Source of the DNA: Owenia fusiformis
Lineage: Eukaryota
Direction of reading: 5' to 3'
NCBI GenBank assembly: GCA_903813345.2
Contig: CAIIXF020000001.1
Coordinates: forward strand, 36,642,001 to 36,706,000
DNA: 64,000 nt
Part shown: one piece after another, positions 37,001-51,600 of the stretch
Position numbering within the stretch: the stretch's first letter is position 1
Layout of the letters: each line of letters opens with the position of its first letter
Position numbers and translations under genes: made by a program
Notes under the pieces: model-generated
What the model saw: only the letters and a program-made list of their open reading frames with translations
What the model was told of the DNA's origin: nothing
Database searches by the model: none

Positions 37001-40000
37001 GTCTGGTCAACCCCACCACAAAATGAACAGAAACTCAACAATGCCTACAGAGTGAGACACTTTAACCATGTTCTTTAGTAGTTAGAAAAGTTCATTTTTA
37101 TCATAATAGTAACTAAAGCAGTATAACCCCTAATTACCAATCATTGGTTGACTGGAGAATAAGTCTTTGAAGTTGTGTAAAACAATTAGTTTAGGGCACC
37201 GTGTAGAAAGTAATATTTCATTCAGTTAGTTGGTAAATCAGATATAAGAGGCATTGAAATAGCTAGAATCAATTATACTCTAGATTGAACTTATGTCACT
37301 TGTACTTGCCTTGTTAATTTATATTTGTCTGGCATAACAATTTTTGTATATCCCCAAACCATGATTAACCCTGATATTTTCCTTGTTTTAGGAACACAAG
37401 AATGTTATCTTGATCTTTTCTGTAAAAGAAAGTGGAAAATTCCAAGGTAAGATATCTCGTGGTCTTGTTTGTGTTCAAACTCATTTTGATTATTTGTAAC
37501 TGTAAAATATAACTGAAAAGCATTGAACACAGTGGACACTGGACAGTTATTTGACTTATAAGATTCAATAATGTTCATCGATAGTGGGTGAAGGGAATCT
37601 GAGCATTTGTTAAATATGTTTCTCAAGAAAAAAATTTTGATATTGTGACCCTGCAACTAGTCATTAAAGTAGCGCTAAATATCAATCTCTGCATTTCAGG
37701 CTATGCACGTGTAGCAGCTCTCTCAGACAAAGACCACCCCCCTATACGCTGGGTCCTCCCCCCAGGCATGACAGCTAGAGCTCTCTCGGGAGTCTTCAAG
37801 CTGGATTGGATCAACAGGTATAACATAAGATTTAGATTTACTGGATGTTCTCATTATCAGGCCTTTTCTAATTGGCCAGTAGTTAAAATTATTTTCAAAA
37901 TAAAAACTAACTATAAAGCATAAAAAGCGAATATGATTCATATTCAAAATTGGAACTCTCAAATTGAAAGTATTTAGTTAAGGAATAATAGAAGGAAAAG
38001 TTCATCCAAATAGTAATACTTATATGTGAGAATATGGTAAAATGCAGATATAATCAATGATATATGGTTGACTATTTCTTCTTGTATTCCAGGAGAGAAT
38101 TGCCATTCACTAAAGTTGGACATTTGCGCAATCCTTGGAACAATGGAAAACCACTGAAAATTGGAAGAGATGGACAGGTGAGATTAAACAAGCCTCTTGT
38201 TCTCTCTGTTATTCATGTATTTGAACTCTTCACTAGACATCAACTTTTACTGCTCATTAGATTTGTGTTAAATGTAGTGAAATATCCTGATACTACCTTT
38301 CTACTGGACAGTTAGTGAAAATATTTTCTAGTGAAAATAATTTCTACTATTTTATTTTTTGTATTCAAAAAGTTTGGTTCTTGTAAAGTGATTATATAAA
38401 ATTGATATAATTACAGTATGTGTACTTTTATCATAATCTACATGTATATATATTCTCTGTTCTATGATTTCTATATATATTTTTACATATTCTATGTTCT
38501 TTGATTTCAGGATATTGAGCCTTCAGTTGGAGAAGAATTGTGCCGTTTATTTCCTGTGGATGAGAACATTGAGATAACAACCATAGCACGTAAAGCTAAA
38601 CATGCTAAAGCATTAGGGAGAGACTATGGTAGAGAGCGAATGAATAGAGGCCATGTAGAATATAGGTTAGAAGACTCCCTTTATGGACATTTAGTTTATT
38701 GTTTTACGGGACTTTCACCCGGCTGATATTTCCACAGGGACTCTGCAGTACAGTGCAGTGATGATTCGTTGCAGTACAATGTGATAACGATGATGTTTTC
38801 CATGTGTGCGATAGATGGAGTAGCAGTCTGCTGTTTTTCTTATCATAGTGCCCAAGTAACAGTGTTGCCAGCCAGATATATCAATACCATCATTTACCAA
38901 CAAAGGGTTCTGTAGAGTTTTAGAATATCATTACACCCATCTGTTCCCCAAAGGATTTTCAGTCCTTGGTGTGAAATATTTATTATTTTATTGAATCAGT
39001 TATATAATTCTAAGTGAGAACTAATCAAACTAATTTTTGGAAGCACATCAAATCTCTGAAGTTTTTATCTCATTTAAAATTGTCAGTCTCATTCCACATG
39101 ATACTCATTTATTGTCAAATTCCTGGCAACACTGAACAAGGACATTCATTTCTCTACCTTTTCACCTAGACATTTTACCATTGTTCATGTGGTATTGTTG
39201 TCCTTTGTATTGTGTCCTAACTAAGCCATATGAGCTTCATTGACACCTACATATAAAAACCCTCTGCTTAATTTTTCAGTCCTCTAAGTCTAAATACGCA
39301 GGGAACGTGCGCTGGCTGACTGACTGAAAGTCACCCTGGGTTCAATTCGAAGTCACACCTGCTGTGTGCTAAGACTATGAGTGGCACTAAGTGCTGTGTC
39401 TATTTAATGCATTGCTCTGTGTAGAACAACATCTCCAGAGACAATCTCATTGACAATGCAAACATACAAGTGATAGCTCACACATTTAGACAATGCACCT
39501 ACATAGGGGCTACCACAATAATGCAGTGACCCTAATGTCCTGTAGAGGGACCCTTGTAGAGTCAGTGGCTCGCACAGCATGGACTAATATCTTTATTTCA
39601 GGAATCGCAACAGCCTAGAAGTGATTATTATCATCATATAAGAAAGTCTCCGATCAGAACTTTTCTTTCAGGAGTTTGGATCAGTGTTATTTAGTGAATT
39701 GTGGTAGTGATTGATATGGAGTGATTTTCATATATCCTTCACTTTCACACATATTATGGACATTTCCATCTTACATGGAATTTGCCCAAAGGACTTAATA
39801 TCCATGTTTCCGCCAGTAAATTGATCATCTGATCATTTTATTTTGTGAAGCTGCACTGAGTTCTAATCTAGTTAATTCATGGAACTAATATGGACTGAGT
39901 TAATCTATGCCATATTGAAAGTGTTAATGAAAGAATCCAATGTGATGCTGTGAATGGGGTTTCATTATATAGACTTGGTTGGGGGATTGAATTCATTGCA

Positions 40001-43000
40001 TCTGATAATATCCATGACAAGTGGGGAAATTGGGCGATAATGGACTTGTTTGCCTTGGTGCCTTTAACTATACATTAATCGCTCATTTCCTATACACTAT
40101 AATGCCTCAATGCATTCCGACAAGCAAGTATCAAAGACAAGTTTCTAGAACTTGGACTTAATGGGTGGGGAATAAGGACTTACTATAATACAGTGCAATC
40201 ATAGACTTTTAATTCAAAGTGAGAGAGAGAAATTCAAGAACTTTGCACATGATGCCTGAACACAACTGATGCTTGCATCGTGATGTTGCCGTCAGTGCAC
40301 ATCAGCTCTGGTATGTTAGAAATCGTTCAGGGTTATTATTGATGTGGTTGGGATATCTGTTGGGCTAATTGTTTTCAGACAATTGAGGTATGATGTGGTT
40401 TATTTTTTTGAGATTTCATTTACTCAGTTACTCTTTATTTATATGAGATAAATTCATAACATCATTTTACGCTTTGTTATACTCACGCCTAACCATAGAC
40501 AACGTACAGTGACAAAATATACGGGTGTACACTTAAGCTGTTTGAAGCACTAATCATGACGTAGGTTTTAAAAGTTTTTATCTAAGGAATATGATTAATT
40601 CGAACATGACTGTATTCACGCCTTCTATAAACTGTCAACATTTCATCCGGGGTATATTGGCGAACATTGCCCCTGGTAATACGTGTAATGTGTGACGTCA
40701 TAACGGCAGACCGTAGTAATGGCGGACCATAATGAATATTCGAAACATTTTGGTGATTTTTCATGTTCGAATTGTAATATAGACCTCAGAGCAGGTGTAA
40801 TATCCCTTAGGGCTAGGCACAAATGCTTTCGAAGCCCTCACTCCCTTCGGTCGTTCAGGATACAGAAAACGTTTGTGCCTAGCCCTGCGGGGTGTATTCG
40901 ACAATATTACCTCTGCTCTTCGGTCTATATTTCTTAATTCGAACATGACTGTATTCATGCCTTCTGTAAACAAAGTCAATATTTCACCCAAAACATTTTG
41001 GTGAGTTTTCATGTGCGAATCGTAATATAGACCTCAGAGCAGGGGTAATATTGTCAAATACACCCCTCAGGGCTAGGCACAAAAGCTTTAGAACCCCTCC
41101 CTCCTTTCGGTTCCTACAGAAAAAGTTTGTGCCAAGCCCTGCCGGGTGTATTCGCCAATATTACCACTGCTCTTCGGTCTATATTTCTTAAGTATTCCAT
41201 GTTTTCATGTCCATGCTCTTGGAAAGACTTTTAACTTTTTAATTACGTTAACAGATTCTCAAACAGAGCACAAGTTTTTTCAAGGTAATTCCACCCATGT
41301 CCATGTGAACATTTTCCAGCTGGTCAATTGTGTGGGTGGAATTGCCTAGAATAAATTCGAGCACTGCTCGTGAATCTATTAACGTAATTAGAAAGTTAGA
41401 AAGCACATGAAATCAAACATGAAATACTACTTTATATTCCTTAGATAAATCTTACCTACATCACAATTTTTGCTTCAAACATGACAACGTACAGCTAAAA
41501 TGTACAACAGTATATTTTGTCACTGTACATTGTCGATGGTTAGGCGTGATACTGTGTATTCATACACAGCAAGTATAACTTGTGTATGGTATGACAAGTA
41601 ATTTTTTTAGAATACTACTTTTTGGTTATGTATGAGATACTTTAAATTCACAAATTATAGTTCCATATACATCTGTATTAAATCATTTTCATGTATTTCT
41701 TCAAAATTGCTGATCGATTTTCTTTTTGAATGAAATGAAATTTCTGGCATTAAATGACATATTTATCATGTTCAGTCAAGGTAGTTTGATGTACCATACA
41801 CTAAGTGTAAATAAATCATGACAATTGTTGAGCGTATTAAAGCTAAATAGATGTATGTTGTATGTATATAACATGGTTGCCATGGTATGTTGTATTCTTA
41901 GACGCAGGGGCCATGACAGACGAGGTGGTGGTGGGAGGAGTGGTTATGCTCCAAGCAGAAGAGACGACCGATATGGTATATTTATTATTTAAAAGATAAA
42001 TAATTTATTTATATAGCAGTCTTATCCACTAAGTCTAGTACTTCATCTCTTACTTTGACAACATATCGATAAGCTACAAAAAAATTGAGAAACTAATTAA
42101 AAATCTTGGCCAAATTTTTTATCAATGGGGAGGAGCAGGTTTTTTACGAGAAATTTCAAGATTTTCACACAATTTATTTTTTGACTCATAAGCTGCCTAT
42201 CCACACATGCAATTACAATGTCAACCATGTTTCTAGACGAAACTCGTAAGAAATATGAATCAAATAATCTATTCTTGTAAGTTAACATTTTAGATCCATA
42301 CCACGGCAGCAAAGACAGACGGCGAGATAGGTAAGCATCGCATACAATGAAATGACCTTATACAGACAATAGACATATTTCACAAGTTTTCACATGAAAT
42401 GACAAAATGTGGATTAAAAATAACATGATTGCACCTTTGAGATAACTTACATTTATTAGCTAAATGGAGTGCCATTGAAACAAATTATTTCATCATTTAT
42501 GCAATTTCTTGTTTAATGAGAGTAAATGGGCCTCTTAAACCATTCCCTTTGATGAAATTGACAAACGTAAAGTTTAGTTACATTCACACATAGCTGGGCA
42601 AGGTGTGTCCGATTCCAGCCAATCTGAACAGAGTATTCACATAATGTACAGTGTGTGAAATATCAATAACACATGCAAGGTCGCTAGTTAATCAAAAAGA
42701 TTTGCAATGTGTGAGAAGAATTTAAGTCCAAGACTCAATGCATTGTAGCTGCTTCATACCACTCAAGTGTTGTTTCCTAAACTTTGCATTCCCGCTGCGC
42801 GGTCATGATTCAGCAAACAATGCATTGAGTCTTGGGCTTAAATCCTTTAATCACACAGCATCCTTTAAATTAGTTTTGCCAAAAGCTGCTACAAACTTCA
42901 TGTATGTTTCAGGTCACCACGATCAAGCTACTCAAGCAGGCCATCCCATGATGCAATATTAAACGGGGTAAGTATAAAGTGCGTGATTGTTACCAGTTTC

Positions 43001-44008
43001 TGTTGTGTTGAGTAATTTTGAAAGACAGCTCATTGGAGAAATATTAGCATAAGAATTCAAAAAACGTTTTGGCTAAGGTCATAATGTTTAGTAAAAATTG
43101 GTAGTTCCTGAGTAAGACTTGAGTTATGATTGTTTTTCAGTCCTACAATGATTACCTGAGGGACTTTGCCAGGACTGGTATGATGCCCCCCTCTGGACCA
43201 CCAGGATATGGACCAGTAAGTACACTATCAATATCATCTACAACTATAGCATACTACAGTAGGCAGTAGCACTATGCAGTGACAACCACCATATCTTCTC
43301 TCTTTCCAATTCTGTACATCTATCCCAAGTTGCTTGTATGCATATATCCTTCTGACACCTCTGTTGTAATTCCAGCCTCCCCCCAGTTATGCCATGGACC
43401 CTATATATGGCTATGACAGGCCCCCTCCACCCAGAGACTCCTATTGGACATCTCCAGACATAGCCAGCCATAGGCGAACATCAGAAAAAAGGGTATGTTT
43501 GTTTATCTTACTTACTTAGACCGACAGTGTCATTTTGAAAGTTTGGATGTTATATCACCAAATTTTAAGACTTGTAGAAGTCAGACCTTTTGGCTAAAGT
43601 TTGCATGCTTCTTTATCAACTTTTGGCAAATTTGGAATAATGATGCCTTGTACTGACAATTGAATATAACATGGCCAATCTGAGTCAGATGTCACAGAAG
43701 TATTTTTCACCAAAATTAGACACTTTTATTGCCTGGTTATTTTCTGGTGTGATTTGATAAAATGTTTTGCTCAGATGTTTAAAATTGATACACTCCATGG
43801 AGTTGCTATGTTTTTATTAGTTATTTATTGTATGTACAAATATTCCTTCTTTTTTGCTTATGATATAAAGGTTCCCTAAATGTTTATTCCATATTGTATG
43901 TTGCAGTACGAGGCAGATGTTGATGATTTCCTGCGTCGTACAACATCATCTCATAGTGGACATAGCAGTAGAGATCGCAGTACAAGAGACAGGGACTCTA
44001 GAAGATAG
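31053..44008 (+). CDS. YTHDC1: YTH domain-containing protein 1 (nuclear m6A reader), ~557 aa; exons 31053-31083, 33447-33530, 33702-33902, 34054-34107, 35230-35343, 35789-35890, 36218-36283, 36903-37051, 37392-37446, 37700-37817, 38093-38177, 38511-38665, 41902-41975, 42294-42330, 42913-42967, 43141-43215, 43376-43492, 43907-44008
   Basis: YTH domain ([73 protein letters not shown]) plus YTHDC1-type motifs [35 protein letters not shown]. Exons are GT-AG and phase-compatible (1674 nt). The first exon and the small low-complexity exons are less certain. Confidence 0.93.
31368..31929. mobile_element. Fold-back element with ~200-bp inverted arms in YTHDC1 intron 1
   Basis: ttatcccgttcccggactat / atagtccgggaacgggataa and tctgggtttatcggcagaacg / cgttctgccgatatacccaga. 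Confidence 0.85.
36269..36584 (+). repeat. 35-bp tandem repeat, 9 copies, spanning a YTHDC1 exon/intron junction
   Basis: Unit taactgctggtgtaggtgagtagtactttatatta; taggtgagta at 36281 and every 35 nt to 36561. Confidence 0.97.
40483..41549. mobile_element. Composite TIR element with nested palindromic modules
   Basis: Outer TIR tcacgcctaaccatagacaacgtacagtgacaaaatatac / gtatattttgtcactgtacattgtcgatggttaggcgtga; internal duplicated hairpin modules at ~40775-40937 and ~41022-41190; further IR at ~41241-41390. Confidence 0.85.
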
Positions 44009-45810
44009 CATTCAACAATACACGCAACATAACAATGTCATCTAATCATATTGCCTCATAGGAGTTTCAGACTGGTTATTGAATGTTTGACTCTTGACAT
44101 GTAATTCTATATCTCTAGCTCGTTACAAGATCAACAGCCCCCAGGGCCTATGGGCTAGTGTTTTTGTCACATCTAGTAGTGTACATAGGATTTAAGGCAG
44201 GACAATAGTATGACGTTAATATTTTAACAATGAAGATACACTGAAAAGATATTACATTCAAATTGTTTCATTTTAGTTCCTCCAGATTCATTGAGATACA
44301 TTTATACAAGCTTTTGAATTTATCCACAAAATGGTTCTTCATTATACATGATGTTTTGCAGGACTTCTAAATACCTGAGTTGAATATATAGTGATTAAGT
44401 TTAAGTTGAATGTTTCACTTTTAGGATTCACATGTTAGTTAAAATATGATCGAGGTACATGCAAATAAAAAACAGATCCTTTAAGGGCACGACACACTAC
44501 TGAATTACATATAAGATTTGATGTTATATTGTCAAAATGTTTCGTGTTCTATGCTTTTAAACACAGTCATTGATGGAATTGTAAAGCCGAAACATTTTAG
44601 AATAGGATATATTCAATGGAGATATTGTTTTGAACAATTCTACAATTTTCTCAAACTATAATGTAGTATTGTATGATACTTGTAATATTTTTGTACATGT
44701 TTTTATTACTGGCCTGTGTTCAAAAGAAATGTAATTATATGGGTTAAGTCAAAATATTCATTTTCATGACTGTTGCTATATTGACTCTCATTTGATGAAA
44801 GTGGGTATTCTGACCTGTCCCCTTGGGTTTTTGTAAATAAACGATAGAAATGTGTGTGGGATGGTTTTGATAAGCACACAATCATATAATTGTTTAATTA
44901 TTATGTAGATTTCTTCTGTATCTCATATGGAATGCTTATAAATTGTACACCAGTGAATAGGTCGGGTTGATTTTTACTAGTTCAGACCCAGATTCCTCGG
45001 GTGAAAGATCTGGTTCAATCATTCGGAAAGGCTTAGTAATGATATAGTAGTGGGTTATACCTATTTCATTGTGTGAACTAAGTGGTGCAGACCTCAATGT
45101 TTCATATGTGTTTTCTGTATGAGATGTTGAAATGTGCCGCATCTTGAAAACTAGCATGCTCACAACATTTCTTTATTCCAGTATCATTTTGTTTAATATG
45201 TTGCCATTCACTTGATAGTGAAGATATGTATCCAAATTTCCAGCCATTTTTGCAGCCAACTAGGAGATGGCTCTTTAAGATATCAGAAAAGCCAATACTG
45301 GAATATTAGAGAATTTAGGGCATTTTACTTCAGTCCTTTGGTGATTTTGCTTGTACCATTTGGGCAGCCCTCAGAAATATGTAACTGCCTAATTTAATTG
45401 AGGTAGTGTTACCCATTTCAGTTTTACTTTAACAAGGAAGTTATAGGCAGGCAGGTTTCACTACCTTAAATCGAGACTTCATGGGCCTGATTACTGGGCT
45501 GTGTATAGACACAAGCTAAGGTATCTTCTATACGGCAGTATTTTATTTTATATATTTTTAACAGGTTTAGTTGTACAGCAGAGTCGGATAATAACCAAAT
45601 AAAAATACAAAAACTGAAACTATTGTTTTGTGGTTATGTTTATATAAACATGATTAAGTCTCATCTAAATATATGAAACATCTCATCCAATGAAATGTAT
45701 GTCTCATTCAATTAAATGTAATAAATACATCATATGGAAGTATAAGAATTAATACAGACTGTGGCATTATCACTAGGATATTTGAAAGGGGTTAAGTTAC
45801 TGATATAGTA

Positions 45811-46520
45811 TACCCTATGCAGACATAGCCTGTGAGAAATATTGGATGTCTTTTTTTAATTTAGATTTTGTGATATTTCTGAAATTAAGCCATTTTGAGT
45901 CTTTGAATATATCCATATGTGTGAAGTTGACGCCTCATCAAATAAAATAGTGATGTAATTCATTTTATAGTGACGTAGTATCATAGCATTAAATCTTTCC
46001 CAGACCTCTATATTTTGAAATTGTAATTTTTTACTGTGTCTCCAGCATTCATAAAAAATGGTGTTCAAGATACATTATCAATACAAATTATTTTTTTGCA
46101 TCTTGGAAGCGAGAGAGTTTCTCTTTGATTATATAAAAATTTGGAGATGTTAGTCAGGTATGAGCCCCCTCGAAATATTTGGTGTGGAAAAACCAACACA
46201 CATAAAAACTTTATCCTTTGATGATAGTTTGTGTTGTGAGAGTACTTGAACCACTTCAACTGCTTCACCAAACCGCCACGCTGTACAAAAACGACGATTT
46301 CAAAACAAGTCTGGAAAAGGTTTAATCCATCTACATCACTATAGGATGAATTACACTTCTATTTTCACAATTTTATTGATATTAGGTGTCAACTACACAC
46401 ATAGGGATATATTCGAAGACCCAAAATGGCTTAGTTTGAGAAATATCACACATTTGAATTAAAAAATGACTTAATTCCGCACCCTCCAATATTTCTCACA
46501 GGCTCTGTCTGCATAGGGTG
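45811..46520. mobile_element. TA-flanked TIR element (MITE)
   Basis: accctatgcagacatagcctgtgagaaatattgga / tccaatatttctcacaggctctgtctgcatagggt. Confidence 0.85.
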
Positions 46521-48632
46521 TAGTAGTATAGTTGCAGTTTAAATATAAGCTCAACTTAATTCTTACATGAGATTAAGAGAAGGGATCGGAAACCTCAGGA
46601 AATTGACATTTTGCCTAATAAGAGGGTCAAAAATACAATATAAGACTCAATAGATAACATAAAAAATATCACTTCTGTGCAGTACCTTTACTCCAACCAA
46701 CCCTGCACAGTTATAATAGTTAAGGAGCCCAGGGCCACATAGAACATGCTGGACCCCTCAAAAAGTTTAAAGTCCCCGTCTTAAGTTTGAAAATATTTTT
46801 TTAGCAAGCATTTACTATTTGACATGACTTAAAAAGTTATTTTAGAGATTTAAAAAAAAGTTGTGAGCATTTCATTTCTCAAATATTTAAATTTCCCGCC
46901 AAATTGACATTTTTCAATCATCAAATATTTCTTAATGCATTTCAAAAAAGATTATCTTTTTAACACCAATGCAAAGATTGAACAAAGAACACACTATTTC
47001 AATAATAAAATACCATATTTAATGGGCCACTTCAAGGTTTTAGCATATCAAAAATATTTTGCAACATGAGTGATGTCATTATGACTCATTCAGGTGGCAA
47101 AAACTTTTCTAACCAGGTTAAAAGGAAGAATATATTATGTTTTAGATATCATTGTACCATTGGTTTCTATGAGAACTAAAACTTTGAAATGCATTTTTCT
47201 CGGAACCATTTTTACGCACTGATGAGTTCATTTCTCGCTTATTTACGAACCGATTTTTTTTCGGCAAAAAACATGCGAGGGTGAATGCTATGTATTGGTA
47301 TGAATTGTGGCTTATTAAAACATATGCATGACCGCTAAAAATTAGTTTAAAATAAATTCACGAATTGGGTAACATGTAAGTGTTCTGCGATTTTAACAAA
47401 TGTTTATACATGTACTGTAGTTTCCAACCTATAGTAATTAAGGAACTTATAAAATTGAAATTACCTATTAAACAGGTCTTTACATGTTACCCTGGGAATT
47501 CACACCAAACCAATCATAGCACATTAGTACATAGTAAGTTATTCATTAACACAGTATTTGTCACCCCCCCCTCTTTATAATTATGTGATTTATCAATGGT
47601 TTGATGAAGCATTTATCAGTTTTGTATCATATCTTATTGATCATTGGACCTGTGACTGTACCCAAATTTACATGAGGTTGTCAAGAAGCAACAACTGTAT
47701 ACTTTATAGAATGAGTTCCCTCTCACCTAACTTGCCATCAAAGTTGTAGGAGGTGATGAGTATGTCACAAGTCACAGGGTTGTCTTCCTTCAAGATTTTG
47801 GACCCTCACCTGTATCTACTTCACCAACCCAACACAGTTGTATTGTAGTTGAGGGGGGGGGGTCACAAGGGCTTGTGCTAGACTAGTGACAGAGGGTACA
47901 CATAGTAGTAGTCAATGTTTATCCAATGTAAACACAGATCGCTCAAGTTGTTATATTTTTCTTAATTAAAACAGTATATGTATGATCATGAAATGTATTA
48001 ACAGAGTTTTGCCTCAAACCTAAAAAATTAATGAAAAGCATGTGAGTTTGATTATCTTAATTTCAAACATGTCAAGTAAATGTTTATGACTTGCAGCAAG
48101 TAATCTTAACTCAGTACAGTAAAACTTGTGAATTTGAACAAAATGAGGAAAACTGAAATATGTTGATTTCATTGTTTTGACAAGGACAATCTCATGTCAG
48201 TGTAACAATAGCTTTTATAAAATGAAGTGTTAACTATTACTGGTTTATAGTGAGTTTTGTTTATTTCTAGTTTTTACACATTTTACAGTGCTACATACAA
48301 ACATGGAAGAGTGCCCAGATGTTAACTTCTTTATGTTACTTCAGTTAAAGATTTATTGAATCAATGGGGTTTCTTTTTTATATAGTTAGTACTATGTAGG
48401 ACTGTACAAATGGGGTTTTCTATCTTATTGGTGCCAAATAAGGCCAAATAACTGAATAGGTTTGAAAAGCAATAAAATAACAAGTAAAGGAATATAGCGT
48501 ACAGTGTGCACTTTGCATTATGCTGATAGTCTAGTATGAGTATATAGGTTTATAGGTTTAGAGTACACAGTTCAACACCAGACTGGAGCTTTACATTATA
48601 GTAGAGTTGTGATTAATACCAGATCAGAAGAA

Positions 48633-51600
48633 ATGTTTTTCTACATAGTTGTAGGGTTTGTGGTGTATCTTGTTATAGACTGGTTGATCAGACTGCCAAA
48701 GGTTGGAGGGATCACCAAGAAATATGTACTCATCACAGGCTGTGACACAGGATTTGGAAATCTTTTGGCAAAGAAGTAAGTCAAAGTTGTTTTCAATGCA
48801 ATTCAATGTTCAACATTATTGAACACATTTGGGCAAGGGGGTACCTCAGAGGGGGGGGGGGGTACATGAATTGTAGTTTTGGTAGAAGCTAAGTACACAC
48901 AGTGATGTGTTTACAATGTCCTCGTAGCATATTGCAACATCATAAATAAATGAGGGTAGCCTGACATGAAACTGAATTTAAGAATTCATAATTCTATTGT
49001 GTCACTTTGTTCTGAATGCATGCATGCATATACGTTTAGTTAGCAAATCATAGAATGGGTCTTATATTGTAGCTCGTTTCTGCAGCCATTACTATATGAC
49101 GGTAGCATTTGTCCTTAATAGTGACTTGTATATCCTAGATATTGACATGGCTATCCGAAATATTGACATGGCTATCCTAGATATTGCTAGGGATAAAAGG
49201 GTTGATACAGTTATATACTGCCATCAATTCAAATGGGCTTGATAAACATGTTCTTATTATTTGACCTTTACTTGTCAGATGTAACAAGCTGACCTTGTCT
49301 ATAAATGTGAATATTGATAGGCCTTCTGATCTCTTAATATTATTTACAGCTTTGTGAGATTAGTTTAATCGTTATACACTTACTACAACCTGTTCACCAT
49401 ATGTTCACTAAGCCTTTTGAAACTAGGAAAGATCTGTAAATCACCCCCATATTGGGATACCTGAATAGCTATACATGTAATAGCCATGTAAAATCACAAA
49501 TATCTGGTAAAAATCTCAAATGAATACTAGTTCATCTATTTTCAATTCTTAGGCTTAATGCTTCATGGAATATATAACTAGACAACAGCAACGCCAAAGC
49601 GTAGCAAATCCCATCGAACAGCCATGGCTGGCATTTTTACAAATAAAGTATATAGCAAAACTGGCAGCAATTTTTCAAAATGGCCACCTTCTACCAAAAG
49701 AGTCATTGGACAGAGTGCCATGCTTATAGTATTCACATACCAAATATGAACAAAATCGTTCCACTACTTTTCAAGTTATAATAAAATATGTTAAAATGGC
49801 GGCCATTTTTCAAAATGGCCACCTTCTACCAAAAGTGTCATTAGACAGTGCGCCATGCTTATCGTATTCGCATACCAAATATGAACAAAATCGCTCCACT
49901 ACTTTCCGAGTTACAGCAAAAATCGTAAAATAGCAAGTAAAGGCCGCCATTTTTCAAGATGGCTGCCATGTGCTTCTTTTATATGTACATTTCTAGCTTT
50001 ATTAATGGCCTATATAATTTTTTTACATTTAAAACAAATTGCCATAACAGTTTTACATATTGTACCTAAATTACTGTAAAATCAGCACTAAAATGGCCGC
50101 CATTTTTAAATGAGCAGCCATTTTGAAAATCGGCTTTCGAGCAGAACTTCTACTCCCATAGGGTTTATGTGTACAAAATATGAACAAAATTAGGCCAACA
50201 GTATTTGAGTTATTGCCTGAACGGACGGACGGATGGACAGACAGATGGACGGACAACCAAACAAGAAGTAATTAGAAGCAAATAATACATGTCAATTAAT
50301 TCCTTTATTTCAAGGCTTGATAAAATGGGGTGCAATGTATTTGCTGCATGTCTGACTGAGAAGGGCCAGAAGGACCTCGATGATGAGACCTCCACACGTG
50401 TTGATGTGTTCCACATGAATGTAGCAGACCATCAGAGTGTTGTGGATGGTGCTAATTATGTCAAGGGAAAACTTCCACAAGGAGTTGGTATGTCAGTTTA
50501 TCAAGTTTTTAGCCATGGACATGTCTCATTATGACAATATGTACCATTGGGAAGACACACTGGTGGATTTGGAGGGAAGTGGGCCCAGATTTTAAAGGCT
50601 AAAAAGTTTGTAGGGCCTCAGTAAGTTGGCCTGTTTGGGCATTACTTGGGCCTTATTCTTTAACTTTAAAGCTTCCAGATCCACCACTGGTTTCAGTTTC
50701 CCTATCTGTGTTTGTTTATTTATAGTGTAATTCACAGACCTCATCAAACACTGTACTGTATTGGAAAAGTGCAGTTATGTAGAACACTGCACAGTACATC
50801 TATACATTTATACTGATATACAACCAATAAAGCTCAGAATATTCAAGATGAAGTATAATTTGGTAGAAATAAGTAGAATCCAAGACTTCAGAAGGGTCTA
50901 TCCTCATTCCTATGATGATACAGTAGCTAAATAGATAATAAATCTATGAAAATATTGTAAATTAAATACTTTTTTGCTATTTTTAACAGGTCTATGGGGT
51001 TTAGTGAACAATGCCGGACTGACTGGAGCTCTTGGGCCCTCAGAATGGCTCACATTAGAGGACTATAACAAAGTTTTCAGTGTCAACCTTCTGGGGTTGA
51101 TAGATGTCACCACTGAATTTCAGTCATTGATCAAGAAGGCCCAGGGACGTATCGTGAACACAGCTAGTATTGTTGGCAGAGTCACAATTGCTGCGACTGT
51201 TCCATATTGTATATCTAAATATGGCGTGGAATCATTCTCTGATGCGCTGAGGTAATCTATTTGTCTAAGTTACTCTGGCTTTCAGCAGTATTGATGCAGC
51301 TCATTTTTTTATATTCTAACATGTTTGCCACCGTTCATAATAGAGGCTTTACTAGCTTTGAACACACATGGTGTCTATTTATTTATCTACCATCTGGTAT
51401 ATGGCAACTTGTCAATTGGAAATCAAAACACAAATACATGAAATATCATCACTCTTAATAACCAATCACTAAAAACAGTGACTATAACGATATGTCTTGG
51501 CGATGACAGTTATAACACGTCTAGGAGTAACAGCAAGTGATTTGATTGTTAGTGATATCCCAGGTCTTCCATTTCCGGTTTCAGATTTAATTTGTGGGCC

